Notes: a model not told the origin generated them from the sequence alone. A DNA stretch of 64,000 bases from Octopus sinensis (GCF_006345805.1 NC_043000.1:129580001-129644000); one strand, 5' to 3'; counted from the first letter of the stretch, positions 39,031 to 52,664 are shown. Program-made: numbers and translations.

Positions 39031-41059
39031 AGAAGAGGAGCCATGGTGTAACCCACTATGGTGTGGTAAACTTTCAGACCCTAGTCTAGATTGCGAATCC
39101 TCTGCACCCCAGGATGGTTCATCTCTCCACCCGTTAAAAGCCACCGTTTACGGAATGAGGATAAGAACGTAGCTTTCGCGTCCATGCAACCGCCAGTCTA
39201 TCGCGTGTGGTGGTTGGATCTTCATGTTGCCACACGCATTCTTAGTAGCTTAGAGTAAGGTCGAATTAGAGAGTATTCTTTGTGGCTAATGTCGTGATTG
39301 GAGGAGGAGGAGAAGAAGAAGAAGACAACAATGGCGAGCCAATGATGGGATTTGTACGTGGTTGATCATCTTGCTAGAAATTGCAGCCAAATCCGTTAAA
39401 TTTACCAAGTAAATACTGATAGATTTGGGCCATGATTAACAACCTTCCAGCTGAGACCACTCTACCTTTATTCAGATATAATACATCTAGAGCAACATTG
39501 TGTAATATACTGATGGCATGTCTTTGACATTTAAACCTGATGGAGGCTATCTATCTTCAGACATAACCACTATCTACTTGCTCGGTCTACTAAGAACATC
39601 TAGCAGCTATCAAGCAAATTACACTACATCGTTGTTTCAATAATCTATATCTATAAAAGAGTCTTGGACGAAAATTATATACACATTTTGCTTTGACGGT
39701 TAATGGCGGCCAAACCGAGGCTAGTATCGAGCTGAAAATTGGCCGCGATGGTTAAAATCCGCAAGCTATAAAGATGTAGTTGCTATGGCAAAAAGAGTGA
39801 TTTTTTATCGATTCAAGGGGGCCCAGAGCCCCTCTAGGTTTGTGCGATTGGCTTTTAATGTCCAGCGGCATGCACTGCAGGCTGTTGTGCGTAATAAGTA
39901 TATATTTTGTCGCGAAATTTCGGCTACTAGGAAATGATTTTTCATTGTGAAAAAAACGAGTGCTTTTTGCCCTCATTTTCTTTTAAATTTTTTATAAAAT
40001 TTTCGTGTTTTTTTAAAAATTCCTCATCTTCAAAATGTGGCCAGAGTAGACCCGGATGAAATCAGGTTATAATACTAGTAAGGTAATAATGCAATTAAAA
40101 TGTGGAGAATTTGCAGATTCACTGGAGCGCCGGCTATAGATCTTTGCGTTATTAGTTCAGGCTGTGTGTACTCTTAAATTCAAATCTCGTTGAAGTAAAA
40201 TTTGCCTTTCACCCTTTGTGGTTCGTTAAATAAGGTCCCAGTCCAAGAGCAGTAGCGCTAGGGTTGATGAAGCTTCTCTGTCACTCGCTCAGAATCGGTT
40301 TTTCTGGCCAAATCTCCACCCAACGACAGGATCCGCGCGACAGAAGTGAATTATCAGTTGAAATACATTGTCCCCACATCAATGTAGTTCCAGTTTCGGT
40401 AGTTTAAATTTTGTTCGTACAAATCTCAGAATCGATAAAGCTAGGTACAATATGATTTGATTGACTACTCTGCCGCCTCCATGATGATTATTCAAATATT
40501 GGTAATCAATGTTTATAAAGGCTTGTTTGTTACCATAACTGAATAAAACATTACAATCTAATTTGTCATTAGGTTTACTAGAGAGAGAAATTGTATAATG
40601 TAATATTGAAGCTTTCCTCACAATAGCATTAATAATAACGTATATAGAAAGCTTAAATTATTCCAACTACAAACAGTAGACAAATCTACCTAAAAAAATG
40701 TTGCTGTATATACATGAAGAGAAAAATAAGCAATAACAAATAACACATGGCAGGATTGGACACGATTGGAACGCCTTTGATCAGGGCTAACCTGGGCATG
40801 AACAATAGCAACAATAGCAGCAACAGCATGCCCTCTTTTGATTTTGCACAACTGTTCAATGTTTTAAGAATGGAAAAAATGACATATTGTGTCGCTTATG
40901 TAATTAAGCATAGTTAGACAATGGCTTCTATTGAGAATTGAAAATTGATGGAAGATCTGTGGGATTTTTATGGTTGCATTTGCCTTCATTAGCAGCGTTC
41001 CGCTACAACGAAATAGAACAATGCTATACACACACATACACAAACGCACACACACACTC

Positions 41060-41308
41060 GAAGGTGCGTAATCTTATGGTTAAGGTGTTGCACTTGCAAT
41101 TGCAAGATTGCGGTTTCGATTTCCTGACCAGCTGTGCACTGTGTTCTTGAGCAAAACACAGCATTTCACGTTGCTCCAATCCACTCAGGAGGAGTGTTGT
41201 CCTGTCCACCTACGCGGTAGGCTGGTATTATTCCAAAGCTATGACAATGCGCTTTCATGCACTGTGACCATCGGAATGTAACAACATCGCTGATCATTAC
41301 AGTGACAC
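41060..41308 (+). mobile_element. Old SINE with C-type head and D-type tail 1
   Basis: TGTGTTCTTGAGCAAAACAC...CACGTTGCTCCAATCCACTCAG followed by AAAGCTATGACAATGCGC...CACTGTGACCATCGGAATGTAACAACATC. Confidence 0.6.
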
Positions 41309-41330
41309 AAACATATATATATATATATAT

Positions 41331-41582
41331 GTGGAGGCGCGTGGTTTAGTGGTTAGGGTGTCAGCATCATGATCGTAAAATTGTGGTTTCGATTCCTGGA
41401 CCGGGCGACGAGTTGTGTTCTTGAGCAAAACAACTTCATTTCACGTTGCTCCAGTCCACTCAGCTGGCAAAAAAAGTAACGCTGTGACGGACTGGCGTCC
41501 CGTCCAGCTGGGGAACACATACGCCATTGAAACCAGGAAACCGGGCCCATGAGCCTGGCTAGGCTTTAAAAGGGCGCAATTA
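41331..41582 (+). mobile_element. SINE family C, full length
   Basis: Nearly identical to 30961-31222. Confidence 0.92.
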
Positions 41583-41889
41583 TTTATTATATATAATATA
41601 TAATATATATATATATACAGATGGAGAGGAGCGTGTGTGAGTGAGAGCTGTGGAAAGAAAAGCAAGATATAATATAACTTCAACAACAACAGAAGTAATG
41701 CATTTATTTAATCATTGTATGAATGTGTGTAAAGTTACCAGTAACCAATAGGTTTACCATGTGTTTGTAAACAGGCTGTGTCAGTATGTGTAAGTGCGTG
41801 TTCCTGTCACTTTTGCAAAGTTAGGTGTGTCTTTATTAATGCATATATAGTCAAGAGAAGAGACAATACGCATTACAAAGGCTCTGAGA

Positions 41890-41931
<42 letters not shown>

Positions 41932-42289
41932 CGGAAGGTATTGTCGAAACAGAAATATGGTAAGAATGATTGCTAAAGGGTAGACCCCGCTAAAGTTACT
42001 TGAGTACAGGCGGTGGTGGTAAGATGGGAAACCAGGGTACAGATTTGGTTTTATATGAATAAGGACTTGTACGTATTTTCTGTCTGATTTGCTTTTGTAT
42101 TACTTGTTTACTGACTGGTAGCTGTGCGAGGTAGTGTTGTTATTGAGATTATTTAACCTTAGTTCAGCCATGATTAACCGTAGGAACAACCCAAGGGATT
42201 TCAGTTGCTCCTTTTCGCAGTATGTAGGATTACATTCTGTAGTAACATGGCCTGCTTGTCATTACATAAGATGAAAGGATGTAATGCAA

Positions 42290-42480
42290 GAGAGCCTTGG
42301 TAAATATTTCTACCATGTCAACCGACGGCGTAGATACTACCACGGACTGTGTAGAATGAAAGAAAGCTCTTGTCAACCCAAGTCTAATATAAGGGTTCAA
42401 TTCCCAGGCTATTTTCATTTGATTGATGTCTCCAAACTAATTTCCCGTCACTGTGAAGAATCCAGGATAAGAACAACACA
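42290..42480 (+). mobile_element. Decayed CR1/Jockey-group LINE fragment
   Basis: RRRRYYHGLC matches the recalled HRR...RYYHGxCS motif, the same region as the 7200 fragment. Confidence 0.45.
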
Positions 42481-42834
42481 CGACATGGAGATAAATTCTT
42501 CACGAATAACTGATTTTATTTTTCAGTTAGCAAGGAAAGTAGTGCTTATGAGCTTTTATAGGGATTTCGAGATAGGTAGGAAATCGGTATTCTTAAACAT
42601 TAGGAATATGGCTTGAATACTGACAACACCGCCAAATGCACTCAAAATATTAAGTGTTGGTGTTAAAACTCGTTGTTGGATTGTGTCCACCGTCCAAGTA
42701 AGCCATTGCAAGATTTGAATTCACAAGCAGAGCGAACACTGCAAAGCATGCGGGCCGACATTGTTACTGTTCCACCAATTTACCCATTTACCATCTAAGA
42801 TTCGTTCATTATTGGTAATGTTGCCAGTGAAAGG

Positions 42835-42868
<34 letters not shown>

Positions 42869-44241
42869 AAGAAAGAAAGAGAGGGAGAGAGAGAAAAGCA
42901 TTTTGTCTGATGTTCTACCATTTCTGCCAATTTGCCGCTTACGATCCACTAAACGAGTAAACGTCAGTCAACACTTACAGTATATCTTCCTGTGTGTGTG
43001 TGTGTGCGTGTGTGTGTAAGTATATATATATGTGTGTGTATCTGTATATATTATTATAATATATCTTGTGGTGTGTGTGGTTGGTGTACTTCAGCATGCA
43101 CAATTGATCATATATGAATATATATATATATAAATATATTTAATCATGTCACACTTCACCGGTCAGAGTCTATAAAGCCCAAGGTCATTGCCATTGGATC
43201 CTTCATTAGTTTCCATTGTGAGCGTTCAATTGCAAGATACACTGAACAACTAACTCGTCAAGTTAACGTATAAGTGGCTGAGTATACCAGAAACACGTGT
43301 TCCTTAAAATTATTCCCAAACCATATCAGCGTGACACAATGTGCGGCACGGATGGACCTTTGAATCCGAGATGCGATCTATTCGACGAGTTTCATACAGT
43401 CTCCGTCTAACCAACTTAACTAACAAGGCTTGGGTCAGTTCGCGGCTTCTCTGAATGCAAAGCGGTGGGATCGAACCGGGGACTTCAAGATTACAGAGCT
43501 AACATCCTAATTACTCACCTATCCACTCGTCCATTAAATTCAATCGTCCCCTGATTAACTTACTGAAACAATAATTGTATGTGACATATATGTTTGTTGT
43601 TATTGTTGTTGTTTAACCTAAAGCAGCCCTCATCAAGCAGACCAATAATCAAAGACATTCCCGCCATGTCCACCCTATGTTTCAGGAGTATTCTGCTCCT
43701 CACTATGTAAAACAAAGTGCTCATTCTTTAAGAAGGCAGTATATTTTACATGAGGAGGAATTTGTCTGCTATTTCTCGCAGATCTATGACCACGTGAAAG
43801 CTCTTCCATTGGCACGTATACTTATGTGGTTGTGAAGTATGCACGTACGTTTGTGCATGTATGGATATTTGAAACGTTTCGGTAAAGACATTTTGGTGTT
43901 ACACCTTTTGAAATAATTGATTCAACGCTGACTTATTTGACATTAGACAGTTTAATGTTTCTCTCGTTTTGTCTCCTGCTCTCTCCCCTCCCTCTGTTTG
44001 TGTGTGAATATATTTCTTTTTATGTGTACGAGGGAAGAGACAGTGTTTATGTCAATCTTGTTCAGTTATTGAATTATTGGATGAATTGAGATGGCTCTCA
44101 CTCCCTTTCATTCACTTTATTTGCTTGTGTACATTTCTGCGCTCACGTGTTTGCCACCAGTGCCAAAAATATTGTCGAACAATTGTACCCAATCGTCTCA
44201 TTCCAGGAAGTGTATGTATGTGTGTGTATGTGTGTGAGTGT

Positions 44242-44470
44242 GTCTGTAATAGATGTGCGTACACTTAACCTTTGTGTAAGGTGTTTCTTGGTGATAATTG
44301 TCTAACCATGTCGCTGAACTCTGTTGGTACATGTGTGTGTGTCTGTATGTGTGTGCGCGTATGTATGAGAGTGAGTCTGTAATAGTCGTGCGTACATTTA
44401 ACATGTGTGCAAGGTGTTTCTTGGTGATAATTCTCTAACCATATCGCTGATCTCTGTTTGTACATGTGTG
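44242..44470. repeat. 133-bp tandem duplication (2 copies)
   Basis: GTCTGTAATAG...GGTGTTTCTTGGTGATAATT...GTACATGTGTG at 44242 and 44375. Confidence 0.9.
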
Positions 44471-44480
44471 TGTGTGTGTG

Positions 44481-44521
<41 letters not shown>

Positions 44522-45329
44522 GTATGTGTGTGTGTGTGTGTGTGTGTGTCTGCCGCTTAAAATACTTTATAGCTGCTGTGCACAATTGCAGAAAAAAGTT
44601 CTACAACACGGAGTAAGTGACAACATCGATGCCAGGGACGGGAAGACAAACTGATGGCCAACGATGGGATATAAACTGATTTCTTTTACCTTCTGGTCAT
44701 TCAACTATCAAAACAACATCAACAACTACAACGACAACATAGTTTCACATATCAGACAACAGATCGAATCTAACACGTAATTTGGTAAAGGTCACATGGT
44801 GAGAGATAAACAAGGGAAAGACAAATAGTGAAGTAGGGTAGGAGGTAAACTGCTCATTAAGGAATTGTTCGGGATGATTCATTACCTGTAAACATGCAGG
44901 TGGATATGTGAATATATATAGTGTATACATACGTTTGTACGAAGGTATAAATATATGCATACAACCATATGTAAATCTATGTAGCGCTTATGCAAAGTTA
45001 GTTATGCACACATATGTTTAGGGTTACGAAAGTATATGTAAATACATATTTATACGTTTCTTCTTTTTAATCTCTTTTCTACCTTTCCTTCTGTTTCCAG
45101 TCTCGCCTGAACTTTTCTTCTGTATTCATTGAAGGATTTTGTCTGAAATATACTTTTACTTTATAAATTTTACTCTGTAAGTTTGTTTTCCTTCCTTGAG
45201 TATCATCCTAATAATGTTTACTGTGGACATCTTTTGGACTTTTGTTATTTTTTGTTTTTTGTTATTTATATTTGTTTTTCTGTTATATACGTGTTCGTGC
45301 TTGTGTGTATGTGTGTGGTTTCTAAAATG

Positions 45330-46260
45330 TGGAAAGGATCAAGCTGAGCAAAAATCAACGTTTAGTGATCCAAGTAACAGTAGCAGTCTTATTCTGGACC
45401 AGTTCATCTTGTCATATTGGCAAGTGTCAAGATGAGGACCAGATATTTCTTATAAAGAGCACAACCATCGCATAATCAGTGATTGTTTCGCTAAATTACA
45501 ATGATAAATTTAAAATCTGCTGTGAGCTTGGCAAGTAGAGCAAACTGTCCAAAAGAACATTGGTAAACCATTCGATAAAACTCCATTGAACCCTTGAATT
45601 ATTCCATAAATACAAAGTTGGTGGTGATTGGTTTTCCAGCGACCAAATTTGTTGCATGGCGCTAATTTGTAAATAGGATTTATGTATTTTTAATACTTAT
45701 TGTCGCATGATCGCCACTCTGTAAATAGTAAAGTCGAGCTCAAGATTTTTGCAGACACTATTATCAGTAAAATGTTTCAGAGATTAAATAAGAGAGAATT
45801 TCTTAATTCAGCCACAGGAATTACGGTAACTCTCAAGACAGTTACAAACTTTCTGCTGGTAAACTTCACAGAGTAATTTAATGTTTAATCTGTGTCTGAA
45901 ATCCTGAAAGGTTTTCTTAGATATTTTTAATGTTTCATAAATGCTGTGAACTGTAATTATTGTCCGTTGTGTGCATTGTATGTCTTCAAAATATCTTTCT
46001 ACCCCGCTTCAAAGCAATAGAACTGTCTCATGGAAAATGTAAAATGGAAAGTAGAATTCTGATAAAATTATATTCCGATATACTAGACAACAATGGTAGA
46101 ATGTCTCATTATGCAATCTTGGAAACTTTTGCATAATTTGGCGATTCTACAAGCAGTAGACATACATTTGGCGAAAACAATCGATTTCTTCTAATGTTCG
46201 CAGAATTCAGCTTCATAAGATTAGTTTATAGGCGTTTTGTCATATAGCCAGGTGCATCAA
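45330..46260 (+). mobile_element. Highly decayed CR1-like RT relic
   Basis: Ordered motif remnants: DPSN (~45367), KPFDKTP resembling KAFDKVP (~45566), KIFAD resembling LFADD (~45741); many stops and indels. Confidence 0.4.
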
Positions 46261-46500
46261 TAACAATGCTTAATAATATGAACCAATGATCTTAGACTAT
46301 AATTTGAAAGTTTCTTATTAATTGCTCATAAACATTCTCTTTCTCATATAGCTTTTGACGTCATATCTGTTCGGATCGTACAGCGCATACTTATGAGACT
46401 GTTACTCGTGCTCATACTGTAGGCGATCTTGTTTGCTTATACATAACATATAAACATGTATATGTACACATGTGTATGTGTATATGTATGTATGTGTATA

Positions 46501-46536
<36 letters not shown>

Positions 46537-46682
46537 GGAGCAGAAATGTCATTTCATGTAGGAATTCATTTCAATAATCAATTTGGCTGCCCAGTCAAAA
46601 AATAAAATGAAATAAAATTCCCGCTCGCTAACTGCTCTATTAAACAAAGCGTGCCCATGTCTAGTTGAAATTTTATATATAT

Positions 46683-46743
<61 letters not shown>

Positions 46744-47509
46744 GCACGTGGCTGACTTGCGAACGAGTTGGTTTCACGATCATAGAGATGGGGTTTTGAT
46801 TCTTGAACGGGATCGATTAATTAATGCTAGACATTTGAATAATGATAATTATTAGGGATTTCATGATCTAAGTTTTTCATTTAAAATGTAGCAGAGTATA
46901 CCTAACTATAAAATTTTCATGCAGGAAGACATCCTTGGGAAATTTTCTGAAGTCGTTAATTTACATGGCCACCTCAGTGGTTTAGTTTCAAATGATAGAT
47001 TTATGCACTTTGGAGCAAAGCGTTGCAGAAGGAGACAACATTGGTTCGTTTCGCGTTGTTTCGGTCTGCTTAGCTAAAATGAATACCAAACTAGTGATGG
47101 CGCAGCTCTCTCTCTGTTCAGATATCATATCTTGCAAGTTTCGGAGTAGAACGGGTGTCTGTCTGCTCGCGACTACACAGACATCTAAAATGATTAGCGA
47201 ATGCACACGTTAGCTAAGCATTTGTAAGTTGGTTTTAAACTCTCTGGTCTTCACTGCGTGAGTAAATTAATAGAAACTACTGAGATACATTAGTCACAAT
47301 TGGTGAGTGGAGTGAAAATTGACATTGCGATGAATTGCGTCTTATACAAGCACATCTTGGTCTCTCAGTCGGTTCAGGGCCAGAGAAAGTATGCTTAAAC
47401 TCCAGTCTAAGGGGTCTGTAGGTTTGAGACAAACGTTGTGTGTGTGTGTGTGTGTGTATGTGTGTGTGTGTATGCATATATATGTATATATATATAATAT
47501 ATATTATAT

Positions 47510-47542
<33 letters not shown>

Positions 47543-47546
47543 TTAT

Positions 47547-47730
47547 TTATAACAATAATTAAGGGTTTAGCAACAACTTGTTGCTAAACCCTTAATTATT
47601 GTTATAATTATATAAAAAAACTTTTTGTATAAGTTTTTACTGAATATGGTTCTTTTCCATACTGAAACTACTTAGTAAAATTTATTAATTTATTAAATTA
47701 ATAATTATTTACCCTATATCTGTAATGATC
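47547..47730. repeat. (TA)n-flanked element starting with a perfect 30-bp inverted repeat, related to the 36425 element
   Basis: 47547-47576 is the reverse complement of 47578-47607; shares AAGGGTTTAGCAAC and downstream blocks with 36425-36684. Confidence 0.9.
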
Positions 47731-47765
<35 letters not shown>

Positions 47766-47966
47766 ATATATATAATATATATTGAAATGTGCATTTAAGT
47801 TGCATATTATTTCGGAAGATATTTTTTCAATAAAGACGGTGTACAGTATAGCAATGCACACAGGGGTAGGAGATGCAATGCATTAATCTTGTACAACACA
47901 ACATATAGGATGGTGTATGTGAAGAGTAATATTAAAAAAGTGTGTGTATATATATGCATAGTTACA

Positions 47967-48459
47967 CCGTATTTCGCAACATGGTAGACGCTACATCATG
48001 GAAGACACACACTGATTTTCGAAATGTAATTGAAGAAATTTTTTTTCATACGATCGGGCAATGCTTAGCGGGTAGACGCTAAACGCCAGTTATTAGAAAA
48101 AAACTGGCGGGTACCTCAACGGAGTACACAACCTCTTATTTCGTGAAATTACCTGACAATAGCCATATACCTGATGGATTACTGCAGGATATTATTGTAG
48201 TACACAAAACTACGTTCTTCTCTTTAACTGTTCTACTATTATTCATACAGCATACCATTTCGATCGTAACGTACCCACGTCTACTGACCACCAAGCAGCT
48301 ACCTGCGCCTGGCTACGACCGTTGGCAATCACTCCATTAATTTCAGAAATCCACAGTAGCAACTTCTCAAGCAACATCGTAAAACACGCAAAGAAACTTT
48401 CAGGGAGATTTTTTTTTATTTTTACAAAAATAGTGCGTCTTCCATGCCGCAAGATACGG
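47967..48459. mobile_element. pogo/Tigger-type MITE
   Basis: Left CCGTATTTCGCAACATGGTAGACGC vs right-end reverse complement CCGTATCTTGCGGCATGGAAGACGC; TA at the right flank. Confidence 0.6.
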
Positions 48460-48738
48460 TATGCATATATTGTTATATATTGGTGTATGTGAATACGGAC
48501 GGAGGATGTATTGATAAATATAACAAAAAAAATAACGTGAATACTTTTAGGTATGGGAGCTGAGAGTGAATGAATGTGAGGGGAAGTGAAGGATTAAGTT
48601 TCGGAAATGCAAAACATACGATAGTAAGGTAATAGATTTAAGATAAAATACTTACACCAAACTGAAGCAAAGAGCGAAGTGAAAATATAGAAAAAAAGAA
48701 AATATATAAACCAATGATGAAGATTATAAACCAAAGGT

Positions 48739-48779
<41 letters not shown>

Positions 48780-48957
48780 ACATTAATATATGTATAATGC
48801 TGATATACAACACAGATACACACATGGAGATAGCCTGAGGCACGCACATGCTTATACAAAACCACACTCATACACTGACAGACGAGTAGATAGATAGATA
48901 AAGGGATAGAGAGAGACAGGTAATACATATATACAATTTCCCATATATATATATAGT

Positions 48958-49001
<44 letters not shown>

Positions 49002-49588
49002 ACGCATACGTACACTTTTACATCCACAGTTATATGGTCACAAACATATACACCAGTACATGCACACACATACACACTACACAAATAATGAAACGCACAC
49101 GTAGATATGTACGAATACATGCATATATACATAGATGCAGAGACTCATTTATAGATTAGATATACATACATACACACATACATACATACATATTTACAGA
49201 AATACACACATGCGCTTACATATGCGAACACATACACATTTACTTTATTCACTGCCAACACTAGCTTCCGTTGAGGAGTTTTAGGTTTATGTTCGAGAAA
49301 AGAAAAAAGGAAACAAAACATTAAACATAGGCATATATGTTGTGCAAAAGTGTATGTGATGTACTTATGTGTGTGTGAATGTTGTATGAGGGGATGTATG
49401 TCCGTCTTTCTGTACACACACACGCACGCACGCACACACACACACACACGAGCGCATACACACACATACACACACGCTATGTTGTATATAAATACACTCA
49501 CGCATGTATATGTATGCATGTATATATTATATAAGTTTCGCCGAAGAGGTTACATAAGACCAAAGTATGTCCTTAGTTGGGAAAAATA

Positions 49589-49846
49589 CGAGGTGGTATC
49601 AAAACGTTCCCGGACTAGTTATGTTTAATAAAAAAATAACTTATTTTCTCTTTTACTTGTTTCAGTCATTTAACTGCGGCCATGCCGGAGCACCGCCTTT
49701 AGTCGAGCAAATCGACTCCAGGACTTATTTTTTGGAAGCCTTGTACTTATTCTATTGGTCTCTTTTGTCGAACCACTATGTCACGGAGACGTAAACACAC
49801 CAGCATCGGTTGTCAAGCGATGTTGGGGGGGGGGGGGACAAACATA

Positions 49847-49886
<40 letters not shown>

Positions 49887-51011
49887 AGACGGGCTTCTTT
49901 CAGTTTCCGTCTACCAAACCCACTCACAAGGCTTTGGTCGGCCCGAGGCTATAGTAGAAGACACTTGCCCAGAACCCAGAACCATGTGGTTGGTAAGCAA
50001 ACTACTTACCACACAGCCACTCCTGCGCCTAAGTTTTAACATTATCTCCTTCGAAATAGTTACATTGCGCAGCCATACACCGCTCCCAGTTTTCTTCCCA
50101 CTTTTGGAATCCGGCCTGAAAGTCGTTTTCCAAAGTGAGTTGAGGACCTTTTGTGATTCGCTCTTGATCTCGCCAACATTGTTAGGACGGTGACCTGCCA
50201 GCTGCATTTTCATTTTCGGGAGGAAGATATGGGAGTCTGCATATCTGTCGAAAAGGGCGGGTGCGAACGCAATACCATGTTGTTTTGGGCGAGAAACTCA
50301 CGAATGAAGAAAGCTCGGTGACAGGGTGCATTGTGATCGTGAAGAATCTGAAGGTTCAACTCTCGTCACTGGTGATGATCCTCGACATGAAGGATGAGTC
50401 ATCAGCGGCACGCTGACGGAGATCTTGATAGATTTCGATGCGATGTTCTTTCCGTTCAGTGGTCAGCAGGCGAGGGCCAAACTTGGCAGAGACACTCCAC
50501 ATGTTTGATTCAGACGTTAGGATTGCCTGCACAGACCCATACGACAGACCAACATCAGCAATGTCGTTGATTGTTCTCCAAATCCTCATGCATAATATAA
50601 TAAATTATCTCCACATTTCTGGGGGTGACGCTCGTGGAAAGTTCTCCAGATCGCTCATCCTCTTCTAGGGACGTTCTTCCGCTTCTCAAGCACCAGTGCC
50701 TCTCGAAACATTATGTACGACCCATTGCCTCATCGCTGTAAGCTTGCCGAAGCATTCTCAATGTCTCTGTAGCAGACCTCCCAAGTTTAACGCAAAATTT
50801 CACGGTGGATCTTTGTTCCAACTTCCTGTTCATGACAAAAAATCGCAGACTACAGCATACACATGATCATAAAAATACAAATCTCACAACTTGCGAAGAA
50901 AGCACAGTGAAAGACCACCTCTGGCCCTCACCGCACACGCAAATGCAACCGCATGCTGCCATCTCTTGGTGCACTACAGAACTAGACCAGGAACTTTCTC
51001 ATACCACCTCG
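49589..51011 (-). mobile_element. Mariner transposon with both TIRs, internally deleted transposase pseudogene and a nested SINE
   Basis: TA-flanked TIRs (5 mismatches over 34 nt including the TA). Minus frames give ...GLSYGSVQAILT...VSAKFGPRLLT...SRIITSDES, joined near 50352 to HDHNAPCH...KMKMQL... and AGFQKWEENWERCMAAQCNYFEGD. Confidence 0.93.
49646..50031 (-). mobile_element. SINE family A inserted in the mariner 3' subterminal region
   Basis: Full family A sequence on minus; mariner sequence lies on both sides. Confidence 0.9.
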
Positions 51012-51565
51012 TATAACTGCCTTCTGCATATCTCCTGCTAATCAATTGAAATTTTTGATGTTCTCTCGTATCTGAAGTCTCTTTTCAAAATAATTTTCAT
51101 TAAAACTAACGTATTTTGTTATAATTACAGTTATAATTTCAATTGATTATAAATTATTTTCGGCTCACTGCGTGAAGATATGGTGACCTTCTTTAAACAA
51201 CAAATGCCATCAACCTACCATTCATCCCTTCTCCCTTCCCACCCTCTCTTTATCTATCTTTGTTTATTAATTTTTATCTGCCAATCCGTCTGTTTATCTA
51301 CATTTTATGCTCTACTTTAAATTCGCGACATGTTTACATGCTTCGGTAACCTTATTTAGTGAGATGGGATTATGAATAATTTGATTGAAACGAAAGCAAT
51401 GAAGGGTTCGAAATATCAAAAACAGGTTTTCTGTCTGCCAGTCTCCCCCTCCTTCTCTCTCTCTCTCTCTATTCCTCATATCTCTTTGTATGTGTGTGTA
51501 TGTATGTATGCATATATATATGTATGCTAGTATATATATATATATGTATGCTAGTATATATATAT

Positions 51566-51983
51566 TGTTGGCATCCTTTTGTCTCGGGAGACAATGGAGT
51601 TGCGCATAGACTAATCTAGTCTGGTTTTTACATTCCATGTTTTTATATTTCCAGTTTTGCGCAGGCCTGGGCTGGATGTAAGAAAATCCTGGGTAGCCCA
51701 ATCGTCAGGATTCCTCTCTCGACCTTGCTGACGTTGTCCAAAGGAGTACAGAGCATTACGTTTGGCACCAGCTTGGTTGCAGGAGCTGCCGGAAGACTGT
51801 TGAGTCGAACACTAAACCGCCTACGGGGCTCCACTCCGGATTTCTTTGAAGGTTGTTTCCTTTCCGTAACCTTGGATAGGGATCCATACCGGGTACTGTC
51901 AGCCGAAGCTAGCTGAGCCTGGGACTCGTGTCAGGCATGGTCGTCACTCCCCGAGGTAGTGAAGAAAATCGCTACCCATTACC
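51566..51983 (-). mobile_element. Bipartite non-autonomous RTE derivative (5'UTR plus APE start fused to the 3' terminus)
   Basis: Minus: RTE-like 5'UTR (CCGGAGTGGAGCCCC...TGCAACCAAGCTGGTGCCAAACGTAATGCTCTG...GGACAACGTCAGCAAGG), then a frame KTWNVKT (APE start motif), then GCGCAACTCCATTGTCTCCCGAGACAAAAGGATGCCAAC (RTE-like 3' end). Confidence 0.7.
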
Positions 51984-51987
51984 TATA

Positions 51988-52041
<54 letters not shown>

Positions 52042-52268
52042 ATCTGTATTAAATTTCTCAATGATAATGCCGTTCCCTATATGCATGCACAAATGAAATT
52101 CTTTCCAAATAAATTGCACTTCATATTCGAGGTTTTGATGAAGCTTTAAGGTGTTATTCAAGCACTGAACTATCAGTACACTGCATCCTATAGCAGAAAC
52201 AGCTGTATGATAATCATTTATTTCTTTGTTATCGCTTTTTCTCATACATACATACATACATACATACA

Positions 52269-52302
<34 letters not shown>

Positions 52303-52305
52303 CAA

Positions 52306-52664
52306 CAGGAGTAGCTGTAAGGTAAGTAACTTGCTTACGAACCACATGGTTCCGGGTTCAGTCTCACTGCGTGGCACATTGGGCAAGTGTCTTCTACTAT
52401 AGCCTCGGGCAGACCAAAGCCTTGTGAGTGGATTTGGTAGACGGAAACTGAAAGAACCCCGTCGTATCCCCCCCAACAACGCTTTACAACCGATGTTGGT
52501 GTGTTTACGTCCCCATAACTTAGCAGTTCGACAAAAGAGACCGATAGTAAAAAAAAGTACTAGGCTTCCAAAGAATAAGTCCTGGGGTCGATTTGCTCGT
52601 CTAAAGGCAGTGCTCCAGCATGGCCGCAGTCAAATGACTGAAACAAGTAAAAGAATAAAAGAAT
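52306..52664 (+). mobile_element. SINE family A lacking the internal microsatellite
   Basis: Head CAGGAGTAGCTGTAAGGTAAG; tail CAAATGACTGAAACAAGTAAAAGAAT. Confidence 0.88.

Noticed and set aside
45990-46040. Minus-strand HETVLLL*SG..ERYFE resembling the hAT HTEVRWLSRG motif
   Set aside because: Needs several substitutions, flanking hAT motifs are absent, and plus-strand CR1-like motifs explain the region better
49531-49576. CCGAAGA-GGT...ACC-AAAG-TATGTC hammerhead-like string
   Set aside because: GAAA is missing and stem I does not pair next to the core; at most a dead relic or a chance match
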